Shown one piece after another: positions 57,833 through 64,000 of a stretch of DNA of 64,000 bases (position 1 is the first letter of the stretch; each line of letters starts with the position of its first letter). This DNA comes from an uncultured archaeon (lineage in GTDB: Archaea > Altiarchaeota > Altiarchaeia > JAFGQM01): assembly GCA_964619365.1 (NCBI GenBank), contig CAZUDQ010000003.1, forward strand, positions 1 through 64,000, written 5' to 3'. The translations under genes were made by a program, and so were the position numbers. The notes under the pieces are model-generated. The model made no database searches and was not told the DNA's origin. It saw nothing but the letters and a program-made list of their open reading frames with translations.

Positions 57833-60426
57833 AAAAGAAAGGATATATCCCAGCATTTAGCATAATCGGCGTTGTGTTTTGCGTCATTGCAATCTCAGTA
57901 TCGTTATTATGGGAACTTGGTTCTGCAGGAGACTTTGGAATCCACGCCCAGGATATCGCCTGGCTAAGGATGAATTCGGCAATAGAAAGTTTTGAAGAGG
58001 AGATACGAGACGATCTTTCGCGTACACTGGGTTTATGTGCAACAAAGGCCGGGCAGATACCAGAAGGAACTACAATAAACCCTTATCTTGAGATGGAGGA
58101 AAGGGTGGGCTGGGAAAAAATCCTTGAGAATATATCCCTGTGCACTAAGGAAAATACCTTATCCCATATAAGGGATATTGCTCATGAAAAAGGCGATGAC
58201 TGGGCCCTTTTCACTTTTGATTCGAACATCACCCTTGCAATTGATTCTACCCAAAAAATTGAGTTCTTGCCAGATCTTGAGGGCCCCTGGATGTCTGGAA
58301 AAATAAAAATCCCGGAAATTACAATAACTGCAAAGGAAGGCTGGAGCGCACGATTTACAAATAGGACGATAAATGCCAGGATATCAGGTCGTTTACATGA
58401 CATGTACCTTCGTGCAAGAGACTTTCATTCCAAGTATCCAGACCGGCTTAGCTGGACCTTAAGCGGAGCGCTCTACCTGCGTGCATACCTTTCAGCTTAC
58501 ATAACAGGAGGAACCGGACCATACCTTTATGAGGGCGATTTTCAAACAGACCCGGTCGCAACAATACTTTTTGGAAAAATTGAGGAAATAGAAGAGTTAA
58601 TAAAAGACCCACTGGATTCAATAACAGGGATTGGGGCGATACCCGCTGCGACATGGCTTTCGGAGTGGGAGTTTTTAAGCGAGCCTTCCTTTTTGCCGCC
58701 GGGAGTCGATATGGACATTTCAGATTATGACCAGGCAAAAACGGCGATTATGGGAACTGAGAACCCGGAAGAAGTCTTTGAAGAAACATGCGAAGGAGAT
58801 TCTTCGGGAAATTGTTTATCCTCTACAGACCTAGACACTTTAGAGGAAGAAGCACTTGCCACGGCAAAAGAAATGGAGCGTTATGAAAAAGTTAGAGATT
58901 TGTCAGATGACTGGCTTTCGAGCTATTCAACAACAAGGTATCATAAATGTGACAATAAAGACACCTGTGAAGATGACTTAGAGGATTGCAATGAAGATTG
59001 CTGCGAGATGTATGAAGATTGCGAAGACGACTTAGATGATTGCAATGATGATGTTGATGAATGTGAGGACGACTGTGACGACTTAAGAGAGGATTGCAAG
59101 GACCTCAAAAAGGAGTGCAATCAATATAAAAAGGATTGTAAGGCCTGCAAAAAGGAATACTGTAAACCAGATTATGAATACTGCAAAGACCAATATGGCG
59201 GATACCCTGATGACAAAAAAGGCGCATGCTACTATAGCGCCCTTGATACGCTTTTTGGCAGCAGTGATGAAGACATCTGCGATGATTTTAGGGATGATTC
59301 AAAAGAGGTACTTAGCGCGATAACTTCAGCCCTGGAAAACGGGCAGTCACAGACATGCAAGTATAAGATAAAAGAAGGGAGCGACGAAGCAGGAGGCAAC
59401 AAAATTTTTAATTCAAATGAATATGGTCTCGGGTTTAATGATGTCGACACCTATTGTTCCTCAGCGATAACTTCAGTCACGGAACTTGCCTCAATTGTTA
59501 AAAATATTCTCACAGAAGAAAAACTAGGTTCAGATTCATGTTCAAAAGATAATTCAGGCGAGTGCATTTCAAATGATAACTGTGGAGACGCAGGAAATTG
59601 TAATGTTCGTTGTAATTTTGTTTCTTGCTCGCGAGGAAATGACATTTATCAATGTGTGGGCGATTATCAATCAGGAAATAGAGTCGTCACATGCAGTAAG
59701 GGAAGAGATGTTTTTGATACCTGTAGATGTAGATGCCGTCCGACAATAAAAATTGTGGAAGAGACGCAAAAACCAGTGCAAAAAGTATATGAATTTGCAA
59801 AAAAGACGTATGACGCTTTAGAATTGCATTATGAAGCAACAAATGACCAAATAGAGGTTCTTTCCAATATTAAAAAGTTTACATCAGCAGTAGAGTCTCT
59901 TGATAAAAATAAAGATTCTTTTGACATCTATTCAAAAATAACTCCGATTTATGTTAAGTATGATTCTGGGGACGGTGCGCATTGTTATGTTAATCCGACC
60001 TATATGGCACGGGAGGGGGGTGTATGTGCGGACTATCTTGAATCCGCAGGGCTTTATAGCGCCCAAATTGCCGCCGCAGCCCTAATAACTGTATTTAGCG
60101 GCGGGGCCGGAACGCCACTTCTTGACTACGCAAAAGACTTCTTTCCAGTGATATTTGAGACAAGTGCCAAATTTAGCATAACAGAAAGCATAACAGACGA
60201 CAACTCACGAAATATACTTGTCAATATCGCAGAAGGTGGTGGCGAGCTTTACACATACGCTCCGCTCGAATTCGAGATATACAAAGAACATGAGTTTAAG
60301 GTAGAGTCGCTTACTCTGGGGCGAATAATCTTATATCTTTACCTTCCCATAACACAAGGTGGAATCGGACGAGCAATAGAACGGATGGGTGCAAAAAACG
60401 AAGGCGAGAGTTGTCCTACAGAGTAA
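57829..60426 (+). CDS. Large class III-signal protein with acidic Cys-periodic coiled coil and late hydrophobic helix
   Basis: MKKKG-YIPAFSIIGVV (ATGA overlap at 57829); CEDDLEDCNED... repeats; AQIAAAALITVFSGGAG. Confidence 0.8.
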   Translation: MKKKGYIPAFSIIGVVFCVIAISVSLLWELGSAGDFGIHAQDIAWLRMNSAIESFEEEIRDDLSRTLGLCATKAGQIPEGTTINPYLEMEERVGWEKILENISLCTKENTLSHIRDIAHEKGDDWALFTFDSNITLAIDSTQKIEFLPDLEGPWMSGKIKIPEITITAKEGWSARFTNRTINARISGRLHDMYLRARDFHSKYPDRLSWTLSGALYLRAYLSAYITGGTGPYLYEGDFQTDPVATILFGKIEEIEELIKDPLDSITGIGAIPAATWLSEWEFLSEPSFLPPGVDMDISDYDQAKTAIMGTENPEEVFEETCEGDSSGNCLSSTDLDTLEEEALATAKEMERYEKVRDLSDDWLSSYSTTRYHKCDNKDTCEDDLEDCNEDCCEMYEDCEDDLDDCNDDVDECEDDCDDLREDCKDLKKECNQYKKDCKACKKEYCKPDYEYCKDQYGGYPDDKKGACYYSALDTLFGSSDEDICDDFRDDSKEVLSAITSALENGQSQTCKYKIKEGSDEAGGNKIFNSNEYGLGFNDVDTYCSSAITSVTELASIVKNILTEEKLGSDSCSKDNSGECISNDNCGDAGNCNVRCNFVSCSRGNDIYQCVGDYQSGNRVVTCSKGRDVFDTCRCRCRPTIKIVEETQKPVQKVYEFAKKTYDALELHYEATNDQIEVLSNIKKFTSAVESLDKNKDSFDIYSKITPIYVKYDSGDGAHCYVNPTYMAREGGVCADYLESAGLYSAQIAAAALITVFSGGAGTPLLDYAKDFFPVIFETSAKFSITESITDDNSRNILVNIAEGGGELYTYAPLEFEIYKEHEFKVESLTLGRIILYLYLPITQGGIGRAIERMGAKNEGESCPTE

Positions 60427-60428
60427 CA

Positions 60429-63400
60429 CTACTCCTTATTGTTGGTGTTGCATCCCTCGTTTGTTGAGACCCACTCAGTCGTCTCCTCAGCGTACTTATC
60501 CCCCGCAAGCCACATAGAGCCAACAGCTGCCGCGGGCGCTGCAAGACGGGCTGTCCAACTCAGGATTTTATTTCCAGAGTTTCCTGCAAACATTCCAGTT
60601 TTAAGGTAGTTTCCCACTCTACTGGAAATTGATGTGCTACCCTTTGGAACATAAGTGTAACTCTTGCCGTCGTTTATAGATTTTAAATTTGTGACTTCGG
60701 CGGTTTTTCCATCACTATAAGTCACTTTAAATGTTTCGCCTTTCTCAAGCGGTACCTCCATTGGAGTGGACTCATAAATAGTATCACCCATAGCATATAT
60801 GCTGTCTGAAGTAACTTTTTCATAGTAATTACCATCACCAAGAGCCATATATTTATCAGGTATTGCTTTTCCAGACCCAATAAGATCAACCTGAACATCA
60901 CTACTTACTTCTTTCCAAACATCTCCCTGATGCACTGTTACTTTAGCTCCACCTACTTCCTTAACTGGGACGGTTATATCAGTAGTCTTTGTACCTGCAG
61001 GCACATTTACTGACTCACCATCAACCGTAGTCACACCTTTTACAGTACTTGTAGCGACTTTTGAAACAGGTTGGGCAAATGTGCTTCCAAGGGCCCCTCC
61101 GATGTACATCCCAGTACCAAATCCTGAAAAGAAGTTCTTTGTATCTGCGTCACCTATGAACATGCTTGTGACCGAAGTTCCAAGTGAAAGGGTTTGAGTA
61201 AGAGAACCAAAACCAGTTGCACCACCCAACAACCCGAGTGCCGCTCCAGTTCCTGCTCCAACCCAGAATGAACCCGAACCAAACATACTAAGCGAGTCGC
61301 CTTCCTCTTCTTCCATGCAGCTCACATCGCCGCAATGGCAGTCGTTGTCATAGCCGTCATCACAAGTCTTTGGGTTGCTACGCGGGTCTTCACTTTCTGT
61401 TGGAACGCCTTCAGTTTGTATATTGTACCATGCCCACTGGTTTACACCAGAATAAGCGCACAGATAGACGGTTCCGTCACACTGTGCCGTCTGGCATTCA
61501 TGATCCTTGTTGCAGGCGACGTCATCCTCAGTTACCCATTTATAACCATTATTTGATGTCGTTGTATTTGCAGATGAACCGCTGTTCCACTCAAGTTTCC
61601 TGCATATTTTATAATTACCGTCGTCAACTCCTGCTGTCGTCCCGCCATCTGCGTCCCAGACCATGTAACATGGCGTATTGGCGTTGCAGGTACAAAGGTC
61701 GCCTGAACCTTCTCCTGTGCGGTCTACAAGGCCGTCACAGTTATTATCCCAGCCATCATTGCAGATTTCAACGGTGTTTCTATATTCAGCTGGAAGGTCG
61801 CTGTCACAATTAAGGCACATCCCATAATACTTATCTTCCTCACCTGAACTGTAATAGACTATGCAGGCTAGGTCTTCATCAGTTATTCTGCCATCGGAAT
61901 TAACGTCAGCACAGTCAAGCTTATAACCAGTAATTTGCTTTTTGCTAATAAGCATCATAAGGATTTCATCAACTTCATCAATCTTGAGGTCCCCGTTAAT
62001 ATCGCCCTTTATCCCACGGCAGGCATCAAGACTGTAAATCTCTAAACAGTAAGACGGAATTACCTGACCTGATGCAAGAAGCGTATCCGGATTAGAAAGC
62101 TCCATTCCTAAAAACATCTGCGCACAGTAACTGTCATCAGTATTTATTACACCGTTTTGGTCAAAGTCTGTTGCCGCGTAGACTTCAACAGGTAAGTATA
62201 TCCCACGCTCCTCAACTTTTATCAATTTGTTTAGAAGAGCAATATCGTCATCGCCTATTTTTTTATCGCCATCAAGGTCGCCTGCAAGTGGCGATTCTAA
62301 ATAAAGGTCAAAGCATGCCCCGCCACTCATGTCACCCGGCCATTTTCCTGAAACTACATTTGTAAGGCAAATTAAATCATCTTCGTCAACATCAGAATCA
62401 AGGTCGTAGTCTGCACACTTGGCGTATTCTGCACGCGCGGCCTGAGTCAACGGAAGAATCAGATTCTCAAGTATTGCAATATCATCGGTATCAAGTTGTT
62501 CATTCCCGTTAAGATCGCCCACACGGTCTTCACAAATTATTGTCCCTTCGATTATCCCGCCTTTTGCAGATTCAAAACAGTTTATGAGCATTGTTTCACT
62601 GACCTGCAGGATATTTGATTTGTAATCTGAAACGCATTTTCGTACTTCCTCCATGCCGTCACACGTCGTTTCATTTGTTGCAAGAGGGCATGTTCTTGAC
62701 TTTGCGCGGGAGATATCCGCGACATAAATCTTCTCATAGGTCACAATATCCTGTCCATCTGCAAAAATGCTAACCTTGTATATTCCCTCACCGTTTGGCG
62801 CCTTAAAACTCGCGTCGTACCCGAGTTCGCCCAAATCCCAGGTCAGTTTTTTAAGACTGCCATAGACATTCGCATAAAGCATCTCAAGTCCAGGTATCTC
62901 TTGTCCTTCAAATTCAGGGTATGCAAAAATCTCAAAATACTCATCAGCCAAAAGAACAGGCTTGTCGACGTCTGTTCTCATAAGAAGATTTTCACTGGCA
63001 GAATCAGATTCAAAATAAGTCACGAAATCACCACCATATACTGTCCCATCCTTTTCCATGATTACCTTTACTAGGGCGCGGTATTCTCCTTTGAAAGGAA
63101 CATTTAACTCAACTTTCCAGGTTTCTGATAAATTGTCAAAACTAAGATTCTTTGGTTCTGATGTTATGAGTGCGTCACCGTCAAGGTAGTATACCTGAAC
63201 GGATTTTGTCAGAATGTTAAAATCTTTTGAGTCTTTTACATCAATATCATATTCAAGCCTGATTGGTTGGGTCTTCTTTATGGGTAAGATAGGCTCGACA
63301 CTAAGATTTTCTGAAGTGTAAGCACTGGTGTTTACACTATACGCAAGGGGAAACGTGCCGGTGTATCCATCATACTGTGCCTGTATTATTATAGTGTAGG

Positions 63401-63515
63401 CCCCCTCTCCTTCTGGACCGTAACCAACAGCAGTCCAGCGGGCAAGTGAAAACGGTATCTGTGCAAACAAAAAAACGACTATAAATACTAGTGCTAGAGT
63501 TTTGGCATATTCCAT
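60429..63515 (-). CDS. Exported 1028-aa protein with three dockerin-like EF-hand pairs, MopE-like Cys motifs and glycine zippers
   Basis: Signal peptide; GDLNG/ADYD, GDLDG/TDFD and GDING/ADVN pairs; EICNDGWDNNCDGLVD; GAGTGAALGLLGG. Confidence 0.85.
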   Translation of the reverse strand: MEYAKTLALVFIVVFLFAQIPFSLARWTAVGYGPEGEGAYTIIIQAQYDGYTGTFPLAYSVNTSAYTSENLSVEPILPIKKTQPIRLEYDIDVKDSKDFNILTKSVQVYYLDGDALITSEPKNLSFDNLSETWKVELNVPFKGEYRALVKVIMEKDGTVYGGDFVTYFESDSASENLLMRTDVDKPVLLADEYFEIFAYPEFEGQEIPGLEMLYANVYGSLKKLTWDLGELGYDASFKAPNGEGIYKVSIFADGQDIVTYEKIYVADISRAKSRTCPLATNETTCDGMEEVRKCVSDYKSNILQVSETMLINCFESAKGGIIEGTIICEDRVGDLNGNEQLDTDDIAILENLILPLTQAARAEYAKCADYDLDSDVDEDDLICLTNVVSGKWPGDMSGGACFDLYLESPLAGDLDGDKKIGDDDIALLNKLIKVEERGIYLPVEVYAATDFDQNGVINTDDSYCAQMFLGMELSNPDTLLASGQVIPSYCLEIYSLDACRGIKGDINGDLKIDEVDEILMMLISKKQITGYKLDCADVNSDGRITDEDLACIVYYSSGEEDKYYGMCLNCDSDLPAEYRNTVEICNDGWDNNCDGLVDRTGEGSGDLCTCNANTPCYMVWDADGGTTAGVDDGNYKICRKLEWNSGSSANTTTSNNGYKWVTEDDVACNKDHECQTAQCDGTVYLCAYSGVNQWAWYNIQTEGVPTESEDPRSNPKTCDDGYDNDCHCGDVSCMEEEEGDSLSMFGSGSFWVGAGTGAALGLLGGATGFGSLTQTLSLGTSVTSMFIGDADTKNFFSGFGTGMYIGGALGSTFAQPVSKVATSTVKGVTTVDGESVNVPAGTKTTDITVPVKEVGGAKVTVHQGDVWKEVSSDVQVDLIGSGKAIPDKYMALGDGNYYEKVTSDSIYAMGDTIYESTPMEVPLEKGETFKVTYSDGKTAEVTNLKSINDGKSYTYVPKGSTSISSRVGNYLKTGMFAGNSGNKILSWTARLAAPAAAVGSMWLAGDKYAEETTEWVSTNEGCNTNNKE

Positions 63516-63557
63516 TTTTAAATTTAATAGATAATTATTGCAGGAACGCTTAAAAAG

Positions 63558-64000
63558 TTAGCAACTAGTATCCCTTGATACCCATTCTGCTGTACTTTTT
63601 GCGTAGTATGTCGCAGCTTTTGATGAGGTAAATGCGCTAAACGCAGGTATAAATGCGCGACCAAATATAAGTTTTCCTGCAGTAAAGGCAAAACTTGTCT
63701 GGTCCATGCCCCCCCAAGGACTTATCGTATTTAGCATACCCTTACCAAAGTCAAGCATACCTTGTCCTACACCTTTGGCCGCCCCAGTCCAAGTAGCACC
63801 TTCGCCAAGGCTAGTGAAACCTTTACCAATGCTGGATGCACCAGCCTTAATGCCATCCCAGCCAGATTGAGCAAGATCCCCCATATCACCCCATAGTGTG
63901 GATTCCTCAGACATACTAAAATACTCAAAATTCATGTCAGGCATTTGGAAACTACTATCAGCAAAACCAAATGATTCACTCAGTCCACTAAACCCTGGGA
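63558..64000 (-). CDS. 3' end of a Gly-rich protein continuing beyond the window
   Basis: Frame stays open to 64000; shares the C-terminal YAxxTxEWVSxxxxC motif with the 60429 protein. Confidence 0.7.
   Translation of the reverse strand, partial: PGFSGLSESFGFADSSFQMPDMNFEYFSMSEESTLWGDMGDLAQSGWDGIKAGASSIGKGFTSLGEGATWTGAAKGVGQGMLDFGKGMLNTISPWGGMDQTSFAFTAGKLIFGRAFIPAFSAFTSSKAATYYAKSTAEWVSRDTSC

Overview
An archaeal chromosomal segment with no rRNA operon, CRISPR array, integrase or transposase. Archaeal markers include DnaG, PolB, archease-RtcB, pentameric-type riboflavin synthase, Fae-Hps, GGGP synthase, Taw1, a 7S SRP RNA and class III prepilin leaders. The gene mix and many Cys-rich surface proteins suggest a biosynthetically capable DPANN-type lineage (Altiarchaeota/Iainarchaeota-like), which is an inference only. 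Housekeeping blocks: purB-purSQL; DUF167-dnaG; a protease-less Lon-like ATPase; archease-rtcB; ilvE; a mosaic riboflavin operon (bacterial ribD and ribBA, archaeal ribC and ribH) interrupted by an antisense HTH-LAGLIDADG gene; fae-hps; SRP RNA; tRNA-Ser(GGA) followed by an island-like NifX/MinD-ferredoxin operon; a rearranged K+ transport locus; tRNA-Pro(UGG); dcd and uppS; an Arg/Pyr cluster (argG, argH, argF, pyrI, pyrB, carB, carA, pyrC); GGGPS; PRC-barrel; taw1; polB; an M20 hydrolase. Best novelty candidates: (1) a 10-kb surface-appendage locus (53.9-64 kb) with seven class III-leader proteins, two leaderless pilin-like proteins and convergent Cys-rich/dockerin/glycine-zipper proteins sharing a C-terminal YAxxTxEWVSxxxxC motif; (2) an unassigned ~200-nt structured ncRNA upstream of DUF167-dnaG; (3) four unrelated, very basic proteins with Pro/Lys/Arg-rich N-terminal leaders inserted next to housekeeping operons; (4) a duplicated 37-aa membrane microprotein upstream of trkH; (5) an SRP RNA with non-canonical helix 6 and helix 8 loops. 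All product calls come from motif recognition; no database search was run.
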